DNA of 42,661 nt from Myxococcota bacterium. Lineage in GTDB: Bacteria; Myxococcota; SpSt-1050. The stretch covers positions 1-42,661 of the forward strand of contig JBMFOP010000011.1 of assembly GCA_049969675.1 (NCBI GenBank), read 5' to 3'. The position numbers and the translations under genes were made by a program. The notes beneath the pieces are model-generated. The model was not told the origin of the DNA and did not search any database. It saw only the letters and a list, made by a program, of their open reading frames with translations. Shown piece by piece: positions 21,248 to 30,062 of this stretch; positions within the stretch are counted from its first letter, which is position 1, and the number at the start of each line of letters is the position of its first letter.

Positions 21248-22304
21248 TTAAAGGCCCTGAAATCCCTTTTGCAAAATCTTAATGAAAAAATCGCTTATCA
21301 CACTTAAAAGCGCCGTCCCTTTTATCATTCCGTAGATACCTGCATAAAGTGGAAACTGTATCACAACTCCAATAATCAAAGATGCACCATTTTGGGCAGC
21401 TCTTACGAAAGCCTTAGGTGATGGGTGCAGTAGAAATCCAAGCCCGAGGAATATCATATTTACTTTATTTAAAGAGAGATTGAATCTTCCCTCTACAATT
21501 TCAACTACATTATAAATGAGAATCAAGATGAATATTACGAGGTTCAACAAATACGAGTTCTCCAATCTCTGAGATAAACTACTCTCTTCTTCCTCTATTT
21601 TCTCCTCTGTCTTGATCTCATCTGCAACCTTTATTTCCTCATCAGTTGGAGAATAAAGCTGATATACCATAAAAAAGCATTATTATAAAGACAATTGACA
21701 TAATTATAATGTTCTGAATTGAAAAGATGGTTTCAGTTACAGGCACAACTCCGGTCTTTAAGGCAAGAAAATGATTTTCAGTTGCAAGCAAAAGTGGCAC
21801 AGAGCCCGAAAGTCCACCATGCCATAGGGTTTAAGGTCCCAGATATGCCACAGCCACAAGGAAAACATAATTTATGTCTCTTCTCAAGGAATATGCGGTC
21901 CTCACCAGCATAGCACCCAGAATCAAACCGAATCCCCAATTGATAAAGCATCCGAGCATTGAGATAGCAGCAACGACCACAGCAAGAGAGCGTCCATTCT
22001 TTGGAGACTTTATTATTAGAATCAGGATATGCTTTACAGATCCTGATACTGCAAGGATATATCCCGAGAGGATTATCAGTGACATCTGCATCCCAAATTC
22101 AAGTAGTGTAAAGAAGCCATTACCCCAGCCCAAAAAGGTGTTGATTAAGGAAGAAGAGAAGGCCCTTTTCAGATAAAATATCTCTGATGCAACAGAGGCT
22201 AAAAATACCACAATTGTGAGGAGTATAGCTATTGTAAACGCATCTGGAACAACTCTACTCAAAAAATAGTTTATATCAATTATGAGCCTTTTTAAGGATT
22301 TCAT
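21248..22304 (-). pseudogene. atoE: Short-chain fatty acid transporter (AtoE/TIGR00366 family) pseudogene
   Basis: Family motifs PDAFTIA, WGNGFFTLLEFGMQM, INWGFGL, WHGGLSGSVPL, LNKVN, QFPLYAGIYGM. Lesions: in-frame TAA at 21833-21831, frameshift at the T6 run 21676-21671, and loss of the C-terminal part. Confidence 0.88.
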
Positions 22305-22306
22305 CT

Positions 22307-23443
22307 TTAGTAGATTATTCTCCTTGCAGATGGGTCTATCTGGGTGAGTATTTCATAATTGATTGTATCAGAGAGATGAGCCAGATCTTCTGCTGTTATC
22401 ATCTCCTTCTCAGATCTACCGAGTAGTATAACCTCATCCAGCACCTGTACTCCCTCAATATCTGTTATATCAATCATTGTAATATTCATACAGACCCTTC
22501 CCACAATCGGCGCGCGCCTGCCGTTTACAATTACATACGCACTATTTGAAAATGCCCTTCTATAGCCATTCGCATACCCGACGGGAAGTATCCCTATCTT
22601 CATATCCCTCGTAGCCCTGTATGTACAGCCATATCCAATATATTCAGAGTTTTTCACCCTCTTTATCTGAATCAGGCGGGTTCTAACTGACATCACTGGC
22701 AGGAGGTTTGGTTTTTCAATATTCATATGTCCTGCAGAGACGAATGTCTCTTTTGATGGCCAGTGTCCATAGAGACTGATACCGACTCTTATAAAATCAA
22801 AATGAGTCTCAGGGAAGAGGATCGCCGCAGCCGAACAGGCGGTATGTCTGAATTCAAAAATTAAACCATGTCTCTCAAACTCATTTAGAAAATATCTGTA
22901 GTTATTGAGTTGAAACATCGCATAGGAGTGATCGGTGGTATCTTCTATATTTGCAAAGTGTGTATATATTCCTCTCAACCTGACCTTTTTCACCTCAGAG
23001 ATGATCTCACAAATGGAGTCAATCTCCTCTCTGATAACCCCCTGCCTGTTGGTCCCTGTCTCCACCTTGAGATGTATAAATGGAGGGGTTCGTGTCCCCC
23101 TGATTACCTCTACAAGATTCTTGAGGTTGTCAAGAGAACCCACAGTGATTTCAAACCCTCTCTCAACGGCCTCTCTCAGTTCCTCATTATAGAGTGACTG
23201 AAATATAAGCACAGTTGAATCAGGTATTATCTCCCTCACTCTTATTGCCTCATCAAGGGTAAAAACACCAAACTTACGAATCTTTGTATCCCTCAATATC
23301 GTCAGGATCTCTTTCAGCCCGTGACCATAGGCATTGGCTTTTACAACAGCCATCACCCTATCAGAGTGATGGGTTATTCTGATAAATTCTGAGACATTAT
23401 TAATCAGTGCATCTCTATTCAAAAACACATCCAGTACACTCAT
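22307..23443 (-). CDS. alr: Alanine racemase family (PLP) enzyme
   Basis: AVVKANAYGHG (PLP lysine), YTHFA, IRVGISLYG, IGYGCTY (catalytic Tyr), GRVCMN, TINYEILT. Confidence 0.92.
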   Translation of the reverse strand: MSVLDVFLNRDALINNVSEFIRITHHSDRVMAVVKANAYGHGLKEILTILRDTKIRKFGVFTLDEAIRVREIIPDSTVLIFQSLYNEELREAVERGFEITVGSLDNLKNLVEVIRGTRTPPFIHLKVETGTNRQGVIREEIDSICEIISEVKKVRLRGIYTHFANIEDTTDHSYAMFQLNNYRYFLNEFERHGLIFEFRHTACSAAAILFPETHFDFIRVGISLYGHWPSKETFVSAGHMNIEKPNLLPVMSVRTRLIQIKRVKNSEYIGYGCTYRATRDMKIGILPVGYANGYRRAFSNSAYVIVNGRRAPIVGRVCMNITMIDITDIEGVQVLDEVILLGRSEKEMITAEDLAHLSDTINYEILTQIDPSARRIIY

Positions 23444-24699
23444 TATGAAATCCTTTCAATCTTTGCACCGAGGAGCTTCATCTTTGAATCCAGATGTGCA
23501 TACCCCCTGTCTATATGATAAATTCTGTTTATGATTGACTCACCATCAGCAGCAACTGCTGCAAGCACCAGTGCCGCGGATGCCCTCAAATCGGTCGCCA
23601 TCAGATTTGCACCAGAAAGTTTTTTGACCCCCTTTATATAGGCGGTATTACCCTTTATCTCAATATCTGCCCCCATTCTCATAAGTTCAGGTATGTGCAT
23701 AAATCTATTCTCAAAGATTGTCTCTTTCACAACTGACGAGCCATCCGCAAGTGTGGCAAGTGCAACAAATTGTGCCTGCATATCTGTGGGGAAGCCCGGA
23801 TATGGCATCGTAATAATCTCAAATCCTTTTGCTCTGTGATTCATTGAAACTCTGACAGAATTTTTCATCCTTGTCACCTCTGCCCCTGCCTCCTCAAGTT
23901 TTATAAGGATATTGTCAAAGTATTCAACCTCACAATTACTAATAAGGATATCTCCGCGCGTAATAGCAGCAGCTACTGCATATGTCCCTGCCTCAATCCT
24001 ATCTGAAATCAGCCTAAAATTACAACCCCTGAGTTCCTTCACGCCCTCAATGATTATTTTATCTGTACCTTCTCCCTCTATATGTGCCCCCATCTTATTA
24101 AGCATATTTGCAAGAGAGACTACCTCGGGTTCCTTTGCACAGTTCTCAAGCACTGTCGTCCCTTTTGCAAAGACTGCAGCCATCATAATATTTTCGGTGC
24201 CTGTCACTGTAACAATATCAAAGAAAAACTTTATCCCCTTCAATTGTCTGGCATTTACAAGCACATATCCGTGCTCCACTCTTACATCTGCACCCATCTG
24301 AGAAAGTGCCTTCAAATGCAGGTCTATTGGCCTCACACCTATTGCACAGCCGCCGGGGAGAGATACCTTTGCCCTCTTGTATTTTGTAACAAGCGGTCCC
24401 AAAACCAGCGATGATGCCCTCATCTTTCTCACTATATCATACGGCGCCTCAAATCTGTTAAGATTCTTACAACTCACCCTTACTCTATTTCCCTCTCTAT
24501 CAAAGTCAGCATCCGCCCCCATATACCTCATAAGCTCTATAGTTGAATTCACATCCGAGACATCCGGCACATTTTTGAGAATAATAGGCTCATCTGTCAG
24601 TATAGATGCCGCAATACAGGGGAGTGCTGCATTCTTCGCACCAGAAATCCTTACCCTTCCAGCCAGTCTTGTTGGTCCGATAATCTTTAATCTATCCAT
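23443..24699 (-). CDS. murA: UDP-N-acetylglucosamine 1-carboxyvinyltransferase
   Basis: SGAKNAALP, KMRAS, LPGGCAIGVRPIDLH (active-site Cys), YPGFPTDMQAQ, TDLRASAAL. Confidence 0.98.
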   Translation of the reverse strand: MDRLKIIGPTRLAGRVRISGAKNAALPCIAASILTDEPIILKNVPDVSDVNSTIELMRYMGADADFDREGNRVRVSCKNLNRFEAPYDIVRKMRASSLVLGPLVTKYKRAKVSLPGGCAIGVRPIDLHLKALSQMGADVRVEHGYVLVNARQLKGIKFFFDIVTVTGTENIMMAAVFAKGTTVLENCAKEPEVVSLANMLNKMGAHIEGEGTDKIIIEGVKELRGCNFRLISDRIEAGTYAVAAAITRGDILISNCEVEYFDNILIKLEEAGAEVTRMKNSVRVSMNHRAKGFEIITMPYPGFPTDMQAQFVALATLADGSSVVKETIFENRFMHIPELMRMGADIEIKGNTAYIKGVKKLSGANLMATDLRASAALVLAAVAADGESIINRIYHIDRGYAHLDSKMKLLGAKIERIS

Positions 24700-24759
24700 A
24701 AATACCTCTTAATCCAGAATCTATGCCAATATCTATTCCTTATTGAGCATGCTTGCAAT

Positions 24760-24785
24760 AAAAAACTATCCCAACAGACAGATAG
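24760..24785 (-). terminator. Weak possible intrinsic terminator after prmC
   Basis: Minus strand CTATCT-8nt-GGATAG followed by TTTTTT; only a 6-bp AU-rich stem. Confidence 0.3.
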
Positions 24786-24800
24786 AAAATTCAATCTATA

Positions 24801-25661
24801 TCAGACCCGCCTTAATGCAAGGAATCTGTTCCTGTTTGAATAATCCTTCCCGCTGAAAAGAATCTCATATCTTCTGTGAATAATATCTTTATTGATAACA
24901 AAATCATCTCCATGTTCAAATACCAGTATCCCACCCTCTTTTATATGGAAATATGCCTCTTCAATCAATCTGTAGATTATCTCATCACCACTCTCCCCTC
25001 CATCAAGAGCCAGTATTGGTTCAAACTCTGAGATCTCGGGCATAAGATTTTTTAAAACCCATCTCCTTAAATATGGAGGATTACTCACAATCAGGTCAAA
25101 ATTAGACTCATCAACTCCCTCTAAAAGAGAGGCTTGAATCAATGAGAATCTCTTTTCGGAACACAGGGTCTCAAAGTTCCTCCTTGCTACCATTAACGCC
25201 TTTTCACTGATATCAGAGGCAAATATTGTGGAGAGCGGGCTATTCTTCAGAATTGAAATAGCTATACATCCCGAGCCAGTCCCAATATCTATTACCTTAC
25301 TATCCTCAGAGAGCCTTACCTCCTTTAATATCCATTCCACCATACATTCTGTCTCAGGTCTGGGTATGAGCACATTTCTGTCCACATAAAAAGTTTGCGA
25401 CATAAACTCCTTGCGATTTAATATATAGGCAACTGGCTCTCTCTTCTTCCTCCTTCTGACAAATGCAAAAAACTTCTCCTTCTCATCCATATTCATAGGA
25501 CGGTCATAATTTATATATAACTGCACACGACTCAGTGATAGGACCTCTGAGAGTAAAAGCTCGGCGTCCAGTCTAAAGGATTCAATCCCTGTAGATTTAA
25601 ACTCGTTTATTGCCCACATCAGGGCAGACAGGACTGTCCCTTTCTTTATCTGCTCACTCAT
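24801..25661 (-). CDS. prmC: Release factor glutamine methyltransferase
   Basis: [38 protein letters not shown] overlap with prfA. Confidence 0.96.
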   Translation of the reverse strand: MSEQIKKGTVLSALMWAINEFKSTGIESFRLDAELLLSEVLSLSRVQLYINYDRPMNMDEKEKFFAFVRRRKKREPVAYILNRKEFMSQTFYVDRNVLIPRPETECMVEWILKEVRLSEDSKVIDIGTGSGCIAISILKNSPLSTIFASDISEKALMVARRNFETLCSEKRFSLIQASLLEGVDESNFDLIVSNPPYLRRWVLKNLMPEISEFEPILALDGGESGDEIIYRLIEEAYFHIKEGGILVFEHGDDFVINKDIIHRRYEILFSGKDYSNRNRFLALRRV

Positions 25662-26725
25662 TGACTGCCTTTTTTCAATGCCTCCGCCTGATAATAAGTC
25701 CTGAGTGCGATTACAAGTTCTTCAATATCTCCATCAAGAATCATATCCAGTTTATGCGATGTAAATCCGATTCTATGGTCCGTTACTCTATTCTGTGGGA
25801 AATTGTATGTCCTTATCTTCTCAGCCCTCTCCCCGCTCCCGACCTGACTCTTTCTGGCATTTGCTATCTCCTTCTCCTGAGCCTCCCTCTCCATCTCAAA
25901 GAGCCTTGCCCTCAGAATCTTCAATGCACGCGCCTTATTCTTCTGCTGGGAACGTTCATCCTGACAGCTCACCACTATACCCGTAGGTTTATGAACAACC
26001 CTGACAGCTGAATCCGTTGTATTCACACCCTGACCACCTGGACCGGATGCCCTGCATACCTCAATCTCAAGGTCCTTCTCATCAATCTTTACATCAATCT
26101 CATCTGCCTCAGGCAGAACAGCCACTGTAGCAGTTGAGGTATGAATTCTACCGGATGCCTCTGTGACCGGTACCCTCTGCACTCTGTGGACTCCACTCTC
26201 ATACTTTAAATTTGAGTAGACATCAGTGCCCGATATCATTGCAATAACCTCTTTTATTCCTTTGAGTCCAGTCGTATTCATTGAAAGGACTTCCACCTTC
26301 CACTTCTTTGAATCGGCAAATCTGGAATACATCCTGAATAAATCTCCTGCAAAGAGCGAAGCCTCTTCTCCACCTGTGCCTGCTCTAATCTCCAGAATTA
26401 CATTCTTCTCATCATTCGGGTCTTTTGGTAGCAGAAGAATCTTTATCTCCTCTTTAAGACGCTCTATCTCAGCACTCAGACTTTCAACCTCAACCTTTGC
26501 CAGTTCTTTCATCTCAGCATCCTGCGAAGATAACACCTCCTTTGCGTCCTGAAGCTCCTTTTCCTTACTCTTGAGTTTTTTGAATTTCTCTACTATCGGT
26601 TCCAGCTGTGCCCTCTCCTTTGCAACCTTCTCAAACTCGGATCTGTTGGATATTAGCTGCGGGTCTGTCATTCTACCAGATAGCTCTTCAAATCTCTTTT
26701 CTATCTCTGAAAGCTTCTCATACAT
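25658..26725 (-). CDS. prfA: Peptide chain release factor 1
   Basis: [21 protein letters not shown] (PxT, RF1-specific), [28 protein letters not shown]. Confidence 0.98.
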   Translation of the reverse strand: MYEKLSEIEKRFEELSGRMTDPQLISNRSEFEKVAKERAQLEPIVEKFKKLKSKEKELQDAKEVLSSQDAEMKELAKVEVESLSAEIERLKEEIKILLLPKDPNDEKNVILEIRAGTGGEEASLFAGDLFRMYSRFADSKKWKVEVLSMNTTGLKGIKEVIAMISGTDVYSNLKYESGVHRVQRVPVTEASGRIHTSTATVAVLPEADEIDVKIDEKDLEIEVCRASGPGGQGVNTTDSAVRVVHKPTGIVVSCQDERSQQKNKARALKILRARLFEMEREAQEKEIANARKSQVGSGERAEKIRTYNFPQNRVTDHRIGFTSHKLDMILDGDIEELVIALRTYYQAEALKKGSQ

Positions 26726-26783
26726 AAAAACACCTCAATAAAGAAATAATTATATCCTACAATTTTAAATTGATTTAATATTC

Positions 26784-27803
26784 CTAATGGACTCCGGAAC
26801 TATTAATTATCTTATCACCATTCAGATATCTGCTCTTAAAATCATCCAGACTGTCAAATGTCATCACCCTTATATTCTCCTGAGGGCTTTCCTCTTCTTT
26901 CAAGACCGCCAGTATTGACATCATTGCCACCTCAAGCATATCATCGGTTGGAGGCTGCGTGGTGATCCTCTGCAAAAGTAGTCCAGGATAGATAAGAACT
27001 TTAAGTATAGGATTATTCTGGTATTTAGAAGAAAATTTCAAAAACTCATAGGATATACCTGCAATGGGAAACATTAGAATTATCTTAAGAATTACCATTA
27101 TCGCATTATTTAACCATTTATTTGCCAGAAAATTTGGAACGAATGGAAATATTACTGCAAATACAAGTATTGAAACCAATATTACAATCAATAGAAAAGA
27201 CGTCCCGCATCTCGGATGAAATGTCTTATACTTTCTGGCATTCTCAACAGATAGGTCCTCTCCATTCTCATAGACAAATATAGATTTATGCTCTGCCCCG
27301 TGATACATAAAGACCCTTCTAATATCCTTCATCAACGAGATGATGTAGAGATAACCTAAAAAGATTACCATCTTTATAATACCATCCACAAGGTGAAATA
27401 AGATAGTGGAGACAGTCAGTTCATAACCGACCATTTTAGAGAAGAAGATTGTAAGATAGTGGGGGATGGCTACAAAGAGTAAGAGCCCAAAGCCAAATGC
27501 CACAGTCATTGTCATAATTATCGCCATATCCGACTGCCTCTTCTCCTTCTCCTCCTCTGGCATACTCACCTTTGCAGAGAAATTAAGGGCAGAGATTCCA
27601 TTAAATAAGGTCTCAAGTAGGACCACAGAGCCTCTCATAAATGGTAGTCTTAATATCTTCCATCTCTCCCAGAGGGAGACCCACTTTCTGATAGAAAGTT
27701 CAATCTTATTATCTGGTCTTCTGACCGCTATTGCAAATGCCTTTGGAGAGCGCATCATCACACCCTCTATCACCGCCTGACCACCAACATTAATTCTCTT
27801 CAT
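26784..27803 (-). CDS. DUF1385 family membrane protein (putative metal-dependent)
   Basis: VGGQAVIEGVMMR, FMYHGAEHK, HPRCGTSF, GLLLQRITTQPP; usual neighbour of prfA/prmC. Confidence 0.9.
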   Translation of the reverse strand: MKRINVGGQAVIEGVMMRSPKAFAIAVRRPDNKIELSIRKWVSLWERWKILRLPFMRGSVVLLETLFNGISALNFSAKVSMPEEEKEKRQSDMAIIMTMTVAFGFGLLLFVAIPHYLTIFFSKMVGYELTVSTILFHLVDGIIKMVIFLGYLYIISLMKDIRRVFMYHGAEHKSIFVYENGEDLSVENARKYKTFHPRCGTSFLLIVILVSILVFAVIFPFVPNFLANKWLNNAIMVILKIILMFPIAGISYEFLKFSSKYQNNPILKVLIYPGLLLQRITTQPPTDDMLEVAMMSILAVLKEEESPQENIRVMTFDSLDDFKSRYLNGDKIINSSGVH

Positions 27804-27805
27804 AA

Positions 27806-28912
27806 TTACCTCTTCACCCTCCCCTCCGCCTCCTTCACCATCCCTTCAATCTCCTTATCATCCTCATAGGCTGTATCCATAGATACCACCCTGTTGAAAT
27901 AATAAGGAGGGATAAGATTCCTCTCAGAATTCTTCTTCAATTCTGCTATCTGTTCGCTTAGCATCTTTACCTTCATAAGGGTTGTTGAATCGTTTTTATA
28001 AAACTCCTCGGGGCTCTTCCCCTTTGTAGGTTCAAGTAATTTATTGAGCTCCTTCTCAAACCTCTTAATCGTAAATCCATTCTCAACACTCTGTGTTGCA
28101 TCTTTCATCACCTGTGTCTTGAGTGAACCAATAAACCCAATATGCCCTACTGCCTGTCCCCTTCTATAGCCATAGACAGTCAGGACATTTCCATCCTTTC
28201 TGGGGGCGCTCATCCAGCCACCATCATGTGAACCAATCAATAGATTCAGTTTAGAATCTGCCATATCCTTTAAAAAGTTTATATCATTGCTGTATCCGAG
28301 ATGAGAGAGTAATATATTAAATTCACACCCAGATTTTTCAAACTCTGATAGAATCTGTTTTGCGGTTGATACTGGCTCAAGCACCTCATACTCATCACTC
28401 TTATATAAATCCTTGGATATGAGCGCAAACACACAGACCTTCTTCCCGTACCTCTTATCTATATATACCCTATCAAAGACCGTCTCCTTCTTATCCTTTT
28501 TTACAAGATTTGAAAGGAGGGTCTTGAAATCTCCTCTCTTAACCTTCTTTTCTAAAAAATCCACACCCATTCTCAGATCAACCTCCCCGGGGACAAACAC
28601 ATCCAACCCCATCTTATTGAATGCATCCACAAACATATCTACCATTTGAGATTGAGACCTTGCCTGCTCTGAGTCTACACCGGGCTTAAAGAATGTATCC
28701 CCAAGCTCAAAGTAGTAAACACCTCTGTAATTCTTCCTCACCTCTTTTATAAAACTCGCCTTCCTTGGAAGACCACCGGTTGGATGTCCCGGACAACCAC
28801 AGTGTGAGGTCTCACCCCACATATCAGAAGAGTAGATAATATTCAGCTCATTACTCCTTGAGCATCCAGAAAGAAACAGGAAGAACAATAAAAAGAATGA
28901 AAATCTTTTCAT
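27806..28912 (-). CDS. UshA/SoxB-like metallophosphoesterase-fold lipoprotein with CGC motif
   Basis: Lipobox FLSGC; SSDMWGETSHCGC...GGLPR, ELGD, PGEVD, LSHLG, GSHD. ATG 28912 has GAGGT upstream and is preferred over TTG 28924. Confidence 0.72.
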   Translation of the reverse strand: MKRFSFFLLFFLFLSGCSRSNELNIIYSSDMWGETSHCGCPGHPTGGLPRKASFIKEVRKNYRGVYYFELGDTFFKPGVDSEQARSQSQMVDMFVDAFNKMGLDVFVPGEVDLRMGVDFLEKKVKRGDFKTLLSNLVKKDKKETVFDRVYIDKRYGKKVCVFALISKDLYKSDEYEVLEPVSTAKQILSEFEKSGCEFNILLSHLGYSNDINFLKDMADSKLNLLIGSHDGGWMSAPRKDGNVLTVYGYRRGQAVGHIGFIGSLKTQVMKDATQSVENGFTIKRFEKELNKLLEPTKGKSPEEFYKNDSTTLMKVKMLSEQIAELKKNSERNLIPPYYFNRVVSMDTAYEDDKEIEGMVKEAEGRVKR

Positions 28913-29080
28913 AATATACCTCAAAAGATACGCAACAAACTTAATATCAAAAGAACCTTATTTCAAGACAAAAAGACACTTTTCATTACCCAACTTCCTG
29001 TGATATAAAATTTTTGAAATCATCTCATAAGAATATCTGCCCCTGCTTACTATAATCAACAAAGCTCAAAAATTGAGTTA

Positions 29081-29596
29081 TTATAAATGGGTCTTTCTGG
29101 ATATTTGTAAATTTAATTCTTTTAATGCATAAGACATATATTCCGTTACTTTTGCAAAGGCCTCTTTACATATTTCTCTAATCGGACACTTTTCACATTC
29201 ACCGTATATAGTTTGATCCAATGAATTGATATTAAGTGTAATGCCTGCATTATTTCTCTGAGATACTAAAATCGGAATCAAACTCAGGAAAATGTCTCTA
29301 TATTCCGGGTTTCTTTTCTCATTGACAGACCGCATACTTTGTCTTTCCAGCATTTGCTCAAGTTCTCTAATCAGAGAATGGTAATCTCTGTCTATTTCCA
29401 CTGACCTTATAGAATCTCTAAATCTTATATCTTTGGCTCTTTTGCAATTTAATGCTTTCATAGCATCTCTGATTTTTTTCTGGGGCCTTACAAATGGAAA
29501 AATTTTAGGAACGTAGTCAATTGCAATTGATTCATCCCAATGATCTCTAAACCTTCTATAGACTTCCTCCAATATATCCAGTTCTTTTCCCTTCAT
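29081..29596 (-). CDS. Hypothetical protein (171 aa) with CxxC-x5-C motif
   Basis: ATG with strong AGGAGGT; CEKCPIREIC near the C terminus; family not recognised. Confidence 0.6.
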   Translation of the reverse strand: MKGKELDILEEVYRRFRDHWDESIAIDYVPKIFPFVRPQKKIRDAMKALNCKRAKDIRFRDSIRSVEIDRDYHSLIRELEQMLERQSMRSVNEKRNPEYRDIFLSLIPILVSQRNNAGITLNINSLDQTIYGECEKCPIREICKEAFAKVTEYMSYALKELNLQISRKTHL

Positions 29597-29710
29597 TTAA
29601 AATACCTCCTATTAATCTTTTGGTAGTGTAAACAATCTCTGAGCTGAATATCCTTTGAATCATTTCTTACCTCTTATGTATTTAACAAATATATAATCTT
29701 CACCATTTTG

Positions 29711-29875
29711 TCAAGTTTTTAAGGAGAGGTCCCTGAGAAGAAGCTGTCTGCGATTCATAAAATCTTCCATAGCCTGTGGATAACCTATTGGTAGATATCC
29801 TCTGAACAATATACGATTGAAGCAAGAAAGTATTCCAGTAATTTTATCTTTATGCTTCTTATAAAATAATTCCAC
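29711..29875 (-). pseudogene. N-terminal remnant (54 codons) of a possible mobile-element protein
   Basis: GTG start with AAAGGAG; ELFYKKHKDKITGILSCFNRILFRGYLPIGYPQAMEDF resembles, from memory, the N terminus (I.GVLSCFDR..F.GYL) of a family of much longer, often multicopy hypothetical/'MarR family' proteins. Confidence 0.5.
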
Positions 29876-30062
29876 AGCATCTCCTTTGGTGATAGTTTCT
29901 GGGCAAAGTTGGAGTAAAGTATCCATTTATCTACCCTATATTAAGATATTACATAAAGAGGATGCCCAGGCTATGCCGAATTAGAGAACAAATTTTGAGA
30001 CTTTTTGGTTTATTATTATCTGTAGTTATGATATATAGATATATGTAAGCGAGGTGGGATTT

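Noticed and set aside
24712..24730. Sigma54 promoter upstream of murA (TTGGCATAGATTCTGG)
   Set aside because: The -12 element is not TTGC.
28760..28792. Relic SECIS after the CGC motif (GTCTTC-CAAG-GAAGGC)
   Set aside because: Short stem within conserved coding sequence, no G at the start of the loop, and the codon is TGT.
29639..29662. TPP riboswitch-like CTGAG...ATATCCTTTGAATC
   Set aside because: Lacks the CTGATC...TAAT...GCGTAGGGA half and lies antisense to the adjacent gene.
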